A stretch of 64,000 bases of DNA from Acidobacteriota bacterium (GTDB lineage: Bacteria > Acidobacteriota > UBA6911 > RPQK01 > JAJDTT01). The notes beneath the pieces were generated by a model, which was given only the letters and a program-made list of their open reading frames with translations, was not told where the DNA came from and made no database searches. Numbering within the stretch: position 1 is the stretch's first letter; each line of letters opens with the position of its first letter. The stretch lies in the NCBI GenBank assembly GCA_965217775.1, contig CBDCJH010000002.1:6208001-6272000 (forward strand), in the 5' to 3' direction. This document shows positions 18,618 to 28,612 of the stretch, one piece after another. Both the position numbers and the translations under genes were made by a program.

Positions 18618-20402
18618 ATGAAGACCATCCATAGGGATGGAACCGTTCATGACGTATTCGATCCCGACGAAGCCCTGGAAACCCTGCGCCATTCGACCTC
18701 TCACCTGATGGCCCTGGCGGTCAGCCACCTCTACCCGGGAGTCAGTCTGGGCATCGGTCCTCCCACTGGCGAAGGCTTCTACTACGACTTCCAGATGTCG
18801 CACCGGCTGACGGAGGAGGATCTGCCCCGAATCCAAACCAAAATGGAAGAGCTCAAGGCGCGGAATCTGGTTTTTGAGCCGTCCATTCTGGAGCTTTCCG
18901 AAGCGCTGGAATTCTTTCGCGGTCGCGGCGAGGAGTTGAAGACCGAGTTGATCGAAGAGCGAAAAAGCGAGGTCCTCTCTTCCTATCGCCTGGGAGACCT
19001 GGTGGATTTCTGCACCGGGCCGCACCTGCTTTCCACGGCTCAGCTCGGCTCGTTCCGGCTGCTTTCCATTGCCGGTTCCTATTGGCGGGGTGACGAACAC
19101 CGGGAACAACTGCAACGGATTTACGGGACGGCTTTTTTCTCGTCCCGGGAACTGGATGACCATCTGCAGCGGCTGGAGGAAGCCAGGAACCGCGACCATC
19201 GGAAATTGGGCCGGGAGTTGGATCTCTACTCGGTTCCGGAGGGCGTGGCTCCAGGTCTCATATTCTGGCATCCCAAGGGAGCCAAGGTCCGGGAGAAGAT
19301 CGAGGAGTTCCTTCGCGAAGAGCATGAAGCGCGCGGTTACCAGTTCGTATACACGCCCCATATTGCCAAGTGCGACCTTTGGAAGACTTCCGGCCACTAC
19401 GAGTTTTTCCGGGAGAACATGTACACGTTGCCCGTGGACGACGAAGAGTACGTGCTCAAGCCCATGAACTGTCCCGGGCACATCCTCATTTACAAGTCGA
19501 GAAAACGCAGTTACCGCGAACTGCCCATCCGTCTCGCCGAGTTCGGTACCGTCTATCGGTACGAGAAGTCGGGAACGCTTCACGGGATGCTGCGGGTTCG
19601 GGGGTTCACCCAGGACGACGCCCATATCTTCTGCCGGCCGGATCAGGTTTTTTCGGAAGTGGTTGCCACCTTGGACCTCGCCGAGCATCTTCTCAGCACG
19701 TTCGGTTTTCAGGGCCATGAGATCATGTTGGCCGTCTGGGACTCGGAACACACCGAGCACTATGCCGGAGGGCGTGACGATTGGGAGAGGGCCGAGTCGG
19801 TTCTGGTCCAGGCGTTGGAGGAAAAGGGTTGGCCGTACCGCCGCCAGCCGGGCGAGGCTGCTTTCTATGGTCCCAAGATCGACATCAGTTTGATCGATGC
19901 TCTGGGGCGAACCTGGCAGGTCACCACGTTGCAGTTCGACTTCAACCTGCCGGCCCGTTTCAACATTACCTATGCCGATTCCGATTCCCGCGAACAGCAC
20001 GTCATCATGTTGCATCGAGCCTTGCTCGGTTCCATGGAGCGGTTCATGGGGATTCTGATCGAACACTACGGAGGCGCGTTTCCGCCGTGGCTGTCGCCGG
20101 TACAGGCGTCGGTGCTCCCGGTGAGCGAACGGCACCATGAATACGCGGTCGAGGTCCGCGACCTGCTCTCGGGGACAGGATTGCGGGTCGAGGCGGACTT
20201 GAGAAACGAAAAGTTGGGATACAAGATCAGAAGCGCCCAGATGAGCAAGGTGCCTTACATGCTCGTGGTGGGCGATCGAGAGGTGCAGGGTCGTACCGTA
20301 TCGGTACGGGATCGCCGGCGGGGCAATCAGGGGGCATGCCCGGTGGACGGTTTTTCCCGGACGCTTGGTCGGAAGGTGGCTCAGAGAGCGCTGGACATCT
20401 GA
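18618..20402 (+). CDS. thrS: Threonine--tRNA ligase
   Basis: [51 protein letters not shown]. Confidence 0.97.
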   Translation: MKTIHRDGTVHDVFDPDEALETLRHSTSHLMALAVSHLYPGVSLGIGPPTGEGFYYDFQMSHRLTEEDLPRIQTKMEELKARNLVFEPSILELSEALEFFRGRGEELKTELIEERKSEVLSSYRLGDLVDFCTGPHLLSTAQLGSFRLLSIAGSYWRGDEHREQLQRIYGTAFFSSRELDDHLQRLEEARNRDHRKLGRELDLYSVPEGVAPGLIFWHPKGAKVREKIEEFLREEHEARGYQFVYTPHIAKCDLWKTSGHYEFFRENMYTLPVDDEEYVLKPMNCPGHILIYKSRKRSYRELPIRLAEFGTVYRYEKSGTLHGMLRVRGFTQDDAHIFCRPDQVFSEVVATLDLAEHLLSTFGFQGHEIMLAVWDSEHTEHYAGGRDDWERAESVLVQALEEKGWPYRRQPGEAAFYGPKIDISLIDALGRTWQVTTLQFDFNLPARFNITYADSDSREQHVIMLHRALLGSMERFMGILIEHYGGAFPPWLSPVQASVLPVSERHHEYAVEVRDLLSGTGLRVEADLRNEKLGYKIRSAQMSKVPYMLVVGDREVQGRTVSVRDRRRGNQGACPVDGFSRTLGRKVAQRALDI

Positions 20403-20463
20403 CCATTCTTTGGGGCATTGTGGTCGTTTGTCCCCGTTGATTCGAAAAAGAGGAGTCGATTCT

Positions 20464-20976
20464 ATTCAGAGAGCACGAGTCAATCATCGGATAAGAGCCA
20501 GGGAAATTCGGGTCATCGACGAGAATGGGAGCCAGTTGGGAATCATGCCTCCGCCCGAGGCACGGCGGTTGGCTCAGGAGAGAGCTCTCGACCTGGTCGA
20601 GGTCGCTCCCACCGCCAGGCCTCCCGTTTGTCGAATCATGGACTACGGGAAGTACCTGTACCAGCAACGAAAGAAGGCTCAGGAGGCTCGAAAGCACCAA
20701 AAAGTCATTCAGGTCAAGGAAGTCAAGTTCAGGCCCAAGATCGACCGGCATGACTATGAGTTCAAGAAGAAACACATTCTGCGTTTCTTGAAGGACGAAA
20801 ACAGGGTCAAGGCCACCGTCATCTTCAGGGGTCGAGAGATCACTCACTCCGAATTGGGCGAGGAGATTTTGAACCAACTGCGGGGCGAATTGAACGAGGT
20901 CGCCGACGTCGAGCGGAGGCCCCGGTTGGAAGGCCACACCATGACCATGATCCTGGTGCCCAGAAAACAGCCCTGA
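20464..20976 (+). CDS. infC: Translation initiation factor IF-3 (ATT start)
   Basis: [39 protein letters not shown]; AGGAG RBS 8 nt before in-frame ATT. Confidence 0.95.
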   Translation: MQRARVNHRIRAREIRVIDENGSQLGIMPPPEARRLAQERALDLVEVAPTARPPVCRIMDYGKYLYQQRKKAQEARKHQKVIQVKEVKFRPKIDRHDYEFKKKHILRFLKDENRVKATVIFRGREITHSELGEEILNQLRGELNEVADVERRPRLEGHTMTMILVPRKQP

Positions 20977-21079
20977 ATCCACTCGGATTTCCGCTTCAGC
21001 TCCGGTTCCTCAAGCGGCCGGGCTCGATTTTCGTTAGGCTGAGCGTGAGCAATCCGAGTACAGAGTGAGGAAGACGGCG

Positions 21080-21271
21080 ATGCGATTGAAAACCAAACGC
21101 GCGGCGGCCAAGCGATTCAAGGTCACCGGGTCCGGCAAGATCAGGCGGCGGCACAGCCATCACAGCCATATTTTGACCAAGAAGAATCGCAAGCGGAAGC
21201 GGAACTTGAAGGACTGGGCCGGCCTGTCCTCGTCAGACAAGAAGCGCGTGCGAAAGATGCTTCATATTTAG
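21080..21271 (+). CDS. rpmI: 50S ribosomal protein L35
   Basis: [19 protein letters not shown]...HILTKK; lies between infC and rplT. Confidence 0.96.
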   Translation: MRLKTKRAAAKRFKVTGSGKIRRRHSHHSHILTKKNRKRKRNLKDWAGLSSSDKKRVRKMLHI

Positions 21272-21306
21272 CACCCGCGGTTTCTTCGGGCGCTGGAGGT
21301 TCCATC

Positions 21307-21663
21307 ATGTCGAGGGTAAAGAGAGGGGTTAAGCGAAAGCGGAGACGCAAGAAGATCCTCCGCTTGGCCAAGGGTTACTGGGGCGCCAAGGGCCGGCTTC
21401 ACCGGGCGGCGAAGGAACAGGTAAATCGTTCGCTGGCCTACTCCTATCGGGACCGGCGGCAGAAGAAGCGGAACTTCCGGAGGCTCTGGATCATCCGGGT
21501 CAACGCGGCCGCGCGGGAACACAGCCTTTCCTACAGCCAGTTCATGTACGGCCTGAAGAAAGCGGGCTTGGAGCTGAGCCGCAAGATGCTGGCCGATCTG
21601 GCCGTCAGAGATCCACAGGCCTTCGGCAAGATCGCTGACCTGGCTCGCAGTGCCTTGCGTTAA
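21307..21663 (+). CDS. rplT: 50S ribosomal protein L20
   Basis: MSRVKRG...AKGYWG...[16 protein letters not shown]. Confidence 0.97.
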   Translation: MSRVKRGVKRKRRRKKILRLAKGYWGAKGRLHRAAKEQVNRSLAYSYRDRRQKKRNFRRLWIIRVNAAAREHSLSYSQFMYGLKKAGLELSRKMLADLAVRDPQAFGKIADLARSALR

Positions 21664-21822
21664 CAGCCCGTGGCAAAAGTCGTCGCGGCATTCGACCGGG
21701 TCTGCATCCCGGCGGACTGCGTTGCTCCTCGGTCACATACTCCCGGTATGCTCCCTCAGAGCGCCTTGTCCGGCGGGCGCAGCCCCGGTCTCGGTGCTGC
21801 GCGGGACTTCCACCACGGACTG
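21664..21822. mobile_element. MITE-like element family A, copy 1
   Basis: Terminal IR CAGCCCGTGG...CCACGGACTG flanked by TTAA/TTAG; homologous along its length to 40122-40281. Confidence 0.75.
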
Positions 21823-21884
21823 TTAGGTAGCGGTTCGCGTCAGGATCTCAACCTCTCCCGAACTCCACTTCTGGATCCGAGTCG

Positions 21885-22910
21885 ATGAAGCCGGAAGATC
21901 CGACTCATCTCTGGCAGAGCTTTCAGGTTGAATTGCAGGCCGTCTCTTCCAAGGCGGCGCTCACCCGGCTCCGGGACCGTTATCTCAGCCGTCAAAGAGG
22001 CCTGCTGACGCTCCAGTTGAGGGGTCTCGGACGACTCGCTCCCCAGGAACGGCCCCGGGTGGGCAAGAGCCTGAACCGGATCAAGGGCCGGATCGAATCG
22101 GCCCTGGCTCAGCGAGGCCGGGAGCTCGAGTCCGAACAGCGCCGCGCCCGGCTCGAGTCGGAGCGTCTGGACATTACTCTGCCGGGCTATCTCCCTCCTC
22201 AGGGCAGGCCTCATCCTCTGACACGGGTGCGGCGTGAGATGGAGGAGATTGCCGTGCGCATGGGATTCTCCGTCCTCTCCGGACCCGAGCTGGAGCTGGA
22301 TCACTACAATTTCGAAGCCCTCAACATGCCCAAGGAGCATCCTGCCCGGGACACGCAGGATACGCTCTACATCACCGAGAACCTGCTGCTGAGGACCCAT
22401 ACCTCCCCGGTTCAGATCCGGACCATGGAGCGCCAGCAGCCCCCCATCCGCATGGTGGTTCCCGGCCGCGTCTACCGGCGGGACACCGTGGACGCGACTC
22501 ACAGCCCCATGTTTCACCAGATGGAAGGCCTGGTCGTGGACGAGGGGATCACTTTCGGAGATCTGAAGGGAACTTTGGAAGTCTTTTTGAGAGAGTTGTT
22601 CTCCCGTGACCTGAAGGTGAGGTTTCGGCCCAGCTACTTCCCCTTTGTCGAGCCCGGAGCCGAAGTGGACATCGAATGCATATTCTGCTCGTCCCGAGGT
22701 TGCGGCATCTGCAAGCGCACGGGATGGATCGAGATCATGGGCGCGGGCATGGTCCATCCCCGGGTCTTCTCCATGGTCGGGTACGATGCCGAGCGGTACA
22801 CCGGATTCGCGTGGGGAATGGGCATCGATCGTATCGCCATCCTCAAGTATCGCGTCAGCGATCTGCGACTCTTTTTCGACAATGACCTCAGGTTTCTCCG
22901 GCAGTTCTGA
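21885..22910 (+). CDS. pheS: Phenylalanine--tRNA ligase alpha subunit
   Basis: HPARDTQDT, LLRTHTSPVQ, FRPSYFPFVEP, GFAWGMGIDR. Confidence 0.97.
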   Translation: MKPEDPTHLWQSFQVELQAVSSKAALTRLRDRYLSRQRGLLTLQLRGLGRLAPQERPRVGKSLNRIKGRIESALAQRGRELESEQRRARLESERLDITLPGYLPPQGRPHPLTRVRREMEEIAVRMGFSVLSGPELELDHYNFEALNMPKEHPARDTQDTLYITENLLLRTHTSPVQIRTMERQQPPIRMVVPGRVYRRDTVDATHSPMFHQMEGLVVDEGITFGDLKGTLEVFLRELFSRDLKVRFRPSYFPFVEPGAEVDIECIFCSSRGCGICKRTGWIEIMGAGMVHPRVFSMVGYDAERYTGFAWGMGIDRIAILKYRVSDLRLFFDNDLRFLRQF

Positions 22911-22933
22911 CCCGGCCGCCAGACAGTGACGTC

Positions 22934-24988
22934 ATGAAGATCGGATGGAATTGGCTGCAGGAATATCTGGACCTCCGGGGATTGGACCCGGATCGGCTCT
23001 CCGAGGCTCTGGGAATGCTGGGTTTCCCCGTGGAGTCCGTGGAGGAGACCGGGGACGGCCGGGTCCTGGAACTGGAAGTGACGACGAACCGGCCCGATTG
23101 TCTGAATCATCTGGGCGTCGCCCGGGAGGTCTCGGCGAGGTTTGGCCTGGAAGTCAGAGTCCCCGACCTTTCGGAACCATCGGATGGAGGCCTCTCAAAG
23201 CCGAGAGCGCGGGTCTCGATCGAGGCGCCGGACCTGTGCCCCAGGTACGCGGCCCGAGTCATGGCGGACGTGAAGATCGGACCCTCCCCCGACTGGCTCA
23301 AGAGACGGATCGAGTCGGTGGGGCAAAGGCCCATCAACAACGTCGTCGATATCACCAATTTTGTCCTCTACGAGTTGGGCCAACCCCTGCACGGCTTCGA
23401 TCTGGACCGATTGAGCGAGCGGAGGATCATCGTCCGCAGAGCGGCGGAAGGGGAACGGTTGACCACGTTGGACGGAGTGGACAGGCGCCTCGACCCGTCG
23501 ATGCTGGTCATTGCCGATGCCTCTCGAGCCGTGGCGCTGGCCGGCATTATGGGAGGGATGGAAACGGAGATTTCCGCCGTTACCAGGAACTTGCTTCTGG
23601 AGAGTGCCTACTTCGAGCCGTTGTCCGTCCGGCGTACCGCCAAGCGGCTGGGAATGCGAACCGATGCCTCTTACCGGTTTGAGCGGGGTGCCGATCCGGC
23701 CTTGGCCCGGAAGGCCTTGAACCGGGCCTGCCGGATGATCCGGGAGATTGCCGGGGGCTCCTGCGAGGGTCCGGTGATCGACGAGTTCCCCCGGCCCATC
23801 CCCGCCCGGGAGATTCGGCTTCGAAGCGGCCGGTTGACTCAGGTGCTGGGTGTCTCGTTGGATCCGGAATTCGTCGAAGCGGCGTTGGACCGCCTGGGTT
23901 TCGAACTGGCGCCACAGGATGGTGACTCCTGGAGGGTTCGGGTCCCCAGCTTCCGGGCGGACGTGGACCTCGAGGACGATCTGGTGGAGGAGGTGGCACG
24001 CGAATACGGCTATGACCGGCTCCCCACCACCTATCCCGCCGCCGCGGCGGCCGGAAAATTCTCCGAGTCGGAAGGACATAAGAGGCGGGTGTCGTCCTCA
24101 CTGGAGTCCTGTGGATTCTTTGAAGCCATGAACTACGCCTTCACCAATCCGGGCAGGGAGGAGACCTTCCTCGGCCGGCGGGCGCCGCTGGTCCCTATCG
24201 CCAATCCCCTTTCCGAGGATCATACGCATCTGAGAAGCACGCTCCTTCCCGGGTTGGCGGAATCGATTCGGCACAATCTGAATTTCGGAAACGGGAGCGT
24301 CCGTCTATTCGAAACCGGGAAAGTCTTCTTCCGGAGAGGCGAGGATCCTGAGCAAGCGCAGGAGTCGCGGTATCTGGGGCTGGCGGCAACCGGTTCGGCC
24401 CATGGTCCATTCTGGAGCGGTGCCTCGGAGCCTTTCGGATTTCATCACCTGAAGGGGACCCTTCAGCTGCTTTTCCGGAAATTTGGATTCGAGGTCGAAT
24501 ACCGCGCGGTTGCCGGACTGCAGTTTCTTCATCCCGGAATCTCCGCGGAGATCCTGCGGGAGGAACGCCGCCTCGGCGTCTTGGGAAAACTACATCCCCG
24601 GCTCCATGCCCATTACAAGTTCTCACAAGACGTACTGGTGGCGGAACTCCGGTTGGACGGGCTGTACGGCCGGGACCTCGAGGATCCGGCGTATGAGGTG
24701 TTGTCGCGGTTCCCATCGGTGGAGCACGACTTTTCATTTCTCGTTGACAAGAGTGTGAGTTTCGCTAAACTGATAAATGCCATTCGGGGCCTGAGCATTC
24801 CGGAGCTTCGGAATATCAGGCTCATTGATCTCTATCGCGGCTCGAGTGTTCCCAAAGATAAGGTTGGCTTGACTCTGCGTCTGACCTTTGCCGATGCGGA
24901 GAGGACGCTGACTCTGCCTGAGGTCAAGCCCCTTAGTGAACGGGTTTTTTCCTTTATGCGCCGGGAATTGGGCGTGGAAGGGCGGTAG
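22934..24988 (+). CDS. pheT: Phenylalanine--tRNA ligase beta subunit (short form without B2 domain)
   Basis: TNRPDCL, INNVVDITN, DASYRFERG, DLVEEVAR; 684 aa. Confidence 0.95.
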   Translation: MKIGWNWLQEYLDLRGLDPDRLSEALGMLGFPVESVEETGDGRVLELEVTTNRPDCLNHLGVAREVSARFGLEVRVPDLSEPSDGGLSKPRARVSIEAPDLCPRYAARVMADVKIGPSPDWLKRRIESVGQRPINNVVDITNFVLYELGQPLHGFDLDRLSERRIIVRRAAEGERLTTLDGVDRRLDPSMLVIADASRAVALAGIMGGMETEISAVTRNLLLESAYFEPLSVRRTAKRLGMRTDASYRFERGADPALARKALNRACRMIREIAGGSCEGPVIDEFPRPIPAREIRLRSGRLTQVLGVSLDPEFVEAALDRLGFELAPQDGDSWRVRVPSFRADVDLEDDLVEEVAREYGYDRLPTTYPAAAAAGKFSESEGHKRRVSSSLESCGFFEAMNYAFTNPGREETFLGRRAPLVPIANPLSEDHTHLRSTLLPGLAESIRHNLNFGNGSVRLFETGKVFFRRGEDPEQAQESRYLGLAATGSAHGPFWSGASEPFGFHHLKGTLQLLFRKFGFEVEYRAVAGLQFLHPGISAEILREERRLGVLGKLHPRLHAHYKFSQDVLVAELRLDGLYGRDLEDPAYEVLSRFPSVEHDFSFLVDKSVSFAKLINAIRGLSIPELRNIRLIDLYRGSSVPKDKVGLTLRLTFADAERTLTLPEVKPLSERVFSFMRRELGVEGR
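24744..24771 (+). promoter_or_regulatory. Putative internal sigma70 promoter within pheT for zapB-zapA-6S-rny
   Basis: TTGACA-N16-TAAACT in a locally AT-rich stretch about 240 nt upstream of the zapB-like gene. Confidence 0.6.
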
Positions 24989-25011
24989 CGTCGAGTTCTG
25001 GAGCTGGACAC

Positions 25012-25269
25012 GTGGACGTTGACCAGGCATGGCGGGAACTGGAGGTTTCCACCGATCAGACAGTGAGACTCCTGGTGCGCCTCCGGAATGAAAACGCATT
25101 GCTTCAGGAAAAAATCGATCAGCTAAACCGAGAATTGGAGGAGCTGGGTAGAGACAACCAGATCAAGACTGGGGCGGTCGAGCGTCTGCGCAGCGACGTG
25201 AAATCGCGAGTGGAAAGCATCATGGAAAAGGTGTCCACCCTGGAGCAGCATCACCCGTACGGGTTGTAG
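25012..25269 (+). CDS. Coiled-coil protein, ZapB-like
   Basis: 85-aa heptad coiled coil between pheT and zapA. Confidence 0.7.
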   Translation: MDVDQAWRELEVSTDQTVRLLVRLRNENALLQEKIDQLNRELEELGRDNQIKTGAVERLRSDVKSRVESIMEKVSTLEQHHPYGL

Positions 25270-25276
25270 GTGAGAC

Positions 25277-25591
25277 GTGGCAGCCGAAATGGATCAGAGT
25301 GTCGCGGTCAAGATCTTTCATCGTACGTATCGTCTTCGGAGTCGGGGCGATGCTGACCACATCCGGGACTTGGCGGACTACGTGGATCGTCATATGGTCC
25401 AGGTTTCCGACCGGACGCCGACGGTAGACACGCTCAGGGTCGCCATCTTGGCCGCATTGAGCATTGCCGACGAGTGCCTTTCCGCCAGAAGGCGGCTAGA
25501 AAGAGTTGAAGCGAAGGTCTGCCGCAAGAGCGGAGAATTGAATGAGCTCTTGAGGTCCGTACTGAGTTCCGAGGGCTCCGAACGGACTTGA
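25277..25591 (+). CDS. zapA: Cell division protein ZapA
   Basis: VKIFHRTYRL...LADYVD...VAILAALSIADE. Confidence 0.9.
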   Translation: MAAEMDQSVAVKIFHRTYRLRSRGDADHIRDLADYVDRHMVQVSDRTPTVDTLRVAILAALSIADECLSARRRLERVEAKVCRKSGELNELLRSVLSSEGSERT

Positions 25592-25612
25592 GTGGACAGG
25601 AATGGAAGCCCG

Positions 25613-25785
25613 GCCCCTGCGATGTACGTGATGGTTTGTGAGATTTGAGTCAACACTCTTGAATCGGGAGCTTGAGTCCGGACGTCATGAGTTTCGCCGT
25701 TATCGGTGAAGTCTGAGACCAACGGCAGGGCACCCACCTGTTTCCGACGGGTTCAATCTCACGCTCCACACGGCAGAGCGGGGGT
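25613..25785 (+). ncRNA. ssrS: 6S RNA
   Basis: Canonical position between zapA and rny; closing stem CCCCTGC/GCGGGGG, TTGAGTC/GGTTCAA pairing, GGGAGC...GCACCCACC motifs; ends approximate. Confidence 0.85.
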
Positions 25786-25853
25786 GATTCACCGCCCCGC
25801 AACGTCCCTTACCGTATCGGTTGTTTCCCCGACCTCCGTCTGGAGCGCACGAC

Positions 25854-27422
25854 ATGGACCAGCTACCCGAAGTCGTTCAGGTTCTCCTGTCCGTAGCCCT
25901 GATGGCCGCGGTCGGGGGGTGGTATCTCCTCAAGACTCGCGTGGTGGACCGGCGGCTACGAGAGGCTGACCGAAAGGCCCGTGAAATCAAGAAAAATGCC
26001 ACCAGGGAAGGGGACCGGATCCGGAAGGAGAGTCTCCTCGAGGCCAAGGACCAGGTCTTCAAGTGGCGCACCGAGGTGGAGCGGGAGCTTCAGGAGCGCC
26101 GGCAACAGAGCCAGGCGGTGGAGCGCCGCCTGGCTCGGAGGGAAGAAGATCTGGAGCGGCGGGAGCGGCAGCTGCGCCGTCGAAATCGGGATTTCGAACA
26201 GCGTGTCAAGAAGCACCAAGGGCGCGAGAGGCAACTCGAGGAGCAGCGGGAAAGAGTTCGCGATCTGGAGCAGGAGTGCGTCGATCGACTGGAAGCGGCC
26301 GCGGGCATGAGCATCGAGGAGGCCAAGCAATCCCTGCTCAAGTCGGTGGAAAACGAGGCCATGAAAGAGGCCGTGGTCCTGGTCAAGAACGTGGAGGACG
26401 AGGCTCGCCGGAAAGCGGATCAGGAGGCGCGAAAGATCATCACTCAAGCCATCCAGCGTTGTGCCGGAGAGCACGTGGTCGCGACCACGGTTTCCGCGGT
26501 GGAACTTCCTGCCGAGGACATGAAGGGCCGCATTATCGGAAGAGAGGGACGCAACATTCGAGCCCTCGAGCAAGCCACCGGCGTCGAGTTGATCGTCGAC
26601 GACACACCCGAGGCCGTCATCCTCTCGGCCTTCGATCCCTATCGCAGGGCCGTTGCCAAACTCGCCATCGAGCGGCTGATCCAGGATGGCCGCATCCATC
26701 CGGCCCGGATCGAGGAGGTGGTGGCCCAGGTCGAACGCGACATGGACAAGCAACTCCTCCACGAGGGGGAGCAGGTGGTCTTCGAGTTGGGGATCCACAA
26801 CATGGACCCGGAGTTGGTTCAGCTGCTGGGGCGACTCAAGTACCGGACGAGCTACGGCCAGAACGTACTCAACCACAGTCGCGAGGTGGCCTATCTGGCC
26901 GGCATCATGGCCCGCGAGCTGGGAGCCGACGTCGAGGTCTGCAAACGCGCCGGGTTGCTGCATGACGTGGGCAAGTCCATCGACCGGGAGGTCGAACGAA
27001 CTCATCTCCAACTCGGCGTGGATATGGCCAAGAAATACGGAGAGAGCCCGGAAGTGGTCCATGGCATAGAAGCCCACCATTTCGACGTCGAGTTCCGGAC
27101 ATTGGAGGCCATGCTGGTGCAGGCCGCCGACGCCGTATCCGCGGCCCGGCCCGGGGCTCGCCGGGAGATGCTCGAGAACTACATCAAGCGGCTGGAACAC
27201 CTGGAGACCATTGCCAATTCTTTCGACGGCGTGTCCAAGGCCTATGCCCTTCAAGCCGGCAGGGAGGTCCGGATCATCGTCGAGAGCAGTGAGGTGTCCG
27301 ACGAACAGACCTTCTGGCTCACCAAGGACATCGCTCGACGGATCGAAGGCGAAGTCCAGTATCCGGGGCAGGTCAAGGTGACGGTGATCAGGGAGATGAG
27401 GGTTGTGGACTACGCCCGGTGA
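25854..27422 (+). CDS. rny: Ribonuclease Y
   Basis: TM plus coiled coil, KH domain (MKGRIIGREGRNIR), HD domain (GLLHDVGK), SAARPGAR. Confidence 0.97.
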   Translation: MDQLPEVVQVLLSVALMAAVGGWYLLKTRVVDRRLREADRKAREIKKNATREGDRIRKESLLEAKDQVFKWRTEVERELQERRQQSQAVERRLARREEDLERRERQLRRRNRDFEQRVKKHQGRERQLEEQRERVRDLEQECVDRLEAAAGMSIEEAKQSLLKSVENEAMKEAVVLVKNVEDEARRKADQEARKIITQAIQRCAGEHVVATTVSAVELPAEDMKGRIIGREGRNIRALEQATGVELIVDDTPEAVILSAFDPYRRAVAKLAIERLIQDGRIHPARIEEVVAQVERDMDKQLLHEGEQVVFELGIHNMDPELVQLLGRLKYRTSYGQNVLNHSREVAYLAGIMARELGADVEVCKRAGLLHDVGKSIDREVERTHLQLGVDMAKKYGESPEVVHGIEAHHFDVEFRTLEAMLVQAADAVSAARPGARREMLENYIKRLEHLETIANSFDGVSKAYALQAGREVRIIVESSEVSDEQTFWLTKDIARRIEGEVQYPGQVKVTVIREMRVVDYAR

Positions 27423-27443
27423 GTCCTTCTCCGCCCCCGTCCG

Positions 27444-27586
27444 AGCCCGCATTTCTCACCAGGTCGCTATGCGTATGTTGAAAAAGAATCTGGTTTTGAG
27501 CATTTACGCGAATTTTGCCAAGGTTTCTCCGGGACAGACTGCGCTGGGCGCGCGATCGTCACGCCCCCTTCTGAGAAACGCGGGCT
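27444..27586. mobile_element. MITE-like element family B, copy 1 (short)
   Basis: IR AGCCCGCATTTCTCA...TGAGAAACGCGGGCT(AG); homologous to 42784-43026. Confidence 0.72.
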
Positions 27587-27776
27587 AGGAGCCTGCGCGG
27601 CAGAAATTGATCTACTGCGAAAGCGGTAGAATCGGTCCATATTTCCCCGATTTCTCGGCGAATAGAACGACTATGCACCTCAAAATCGAGAAAATCTGGC
27701 CTCGATTCCCCGCTTTCTCGCTACGATCATTCCTACCGCGCAGACTCCCAGACGTTTTCGGAAAGAGAGTATCCGC

Positions 27777-28601
27777 ATGAAGGTTCTTTTTGTGGGGGAC
27801 ATCGTGGGCAGGCGGGGGCGCAAGGTCGTTCGCCGCATGATCCCGGCTCTCAGTCGTAAGAACGACATCGACCTGATCATTGCCAACGTCGAGAACGCCG
27901 CGGGAGGCTTCGGAATCACCCCGGCCATCGCTCGCCAGATCCTGGCCATGGGCGTGGACGTCATGACCTCGGGCAACCACATCTGGGACAAGAAGGAAGT
28001 CCTGCAGTGCATCGATGACGAACCCAGGTTGCTGCGTCCCCAGAACTATCCACCGGGAGTTCCGGGACGCGGGGTTCACGTGGGCGTCACCCGTCAGGGG
28101 GTTCGGTTCGGCGTCCTGAATCTACAGGGCCGTGTCTTCATGCCCAACATCGACTGTCCCTTTCGATGCGCCGAGGCACAGGTCTCCCGGCTCCGGAAAC
28201 AGACACCGGTCCTGATCGTCGATTTTCACGCCGAAGCCACCTCGGAGAAACTGGCCCTGGGATGGGCCTTGGATGGTCGGGTTTCGGCGGTACTGGGAAC
28301 TCATACCCATGTTCCCACGGCCGACTCGCGGCTGCTCCCCAAAGGGACGGCTTACGTCTCCGACGTGGGAATGACGGGCTGTTACGACTCTGTGATCGGG
28401 GTCAGTGTGGAGACGGCATTGCCCCGATTTCTGACCGCGATGCCCACGCGTTTCGCGGGGGCGACCGGATTGCCCAGACTGGCCTCGGTTCTGCTGGACA
28501 TCGATGAGTCGACCGGGGTGGCGCGGTCCATCCAACGGGTCGGTCCCGACCTCCCCACGGGTTCGACTGAGGGTTTGGCCGGGAGCCCCTCCGGCGGGTG
28601 A
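27777..28601 (+). CDS. ymdB: YmdB/TIGR00282 metallophosphoesterase
   Basis: GDIVG, NVENAAGG, TSGNH, DFHAEATSEK, GTHTHV; follows rny. Confidence 0.93.
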   Translation: MKVLFVGDIVGRRGRKVVRRMIPALSRKNDIDLIIANVENAAGGFGITPAIARQILAMGVDVMTSGNHIWDKKEVLQCIDDEPRLLRPQNYPPGVPGRGVHVGVTRQGVRFGVLNLQGRVFMPNIDCPFRCAEAQVSRLRKQTPVLIVDFHAEATSEKLALGWALDGRVSAVLGTHTHVPTADSRLLPKGTAYVSDVGMTGCYDSVIGVSVETALPRFLTAMPTRFAGATGLPRLASVLLDIDESTGVARSIQRVGPDLPTGSTEGLAGSPSGG

Positions 28602-28612
28602 GCAAGTTTTAC

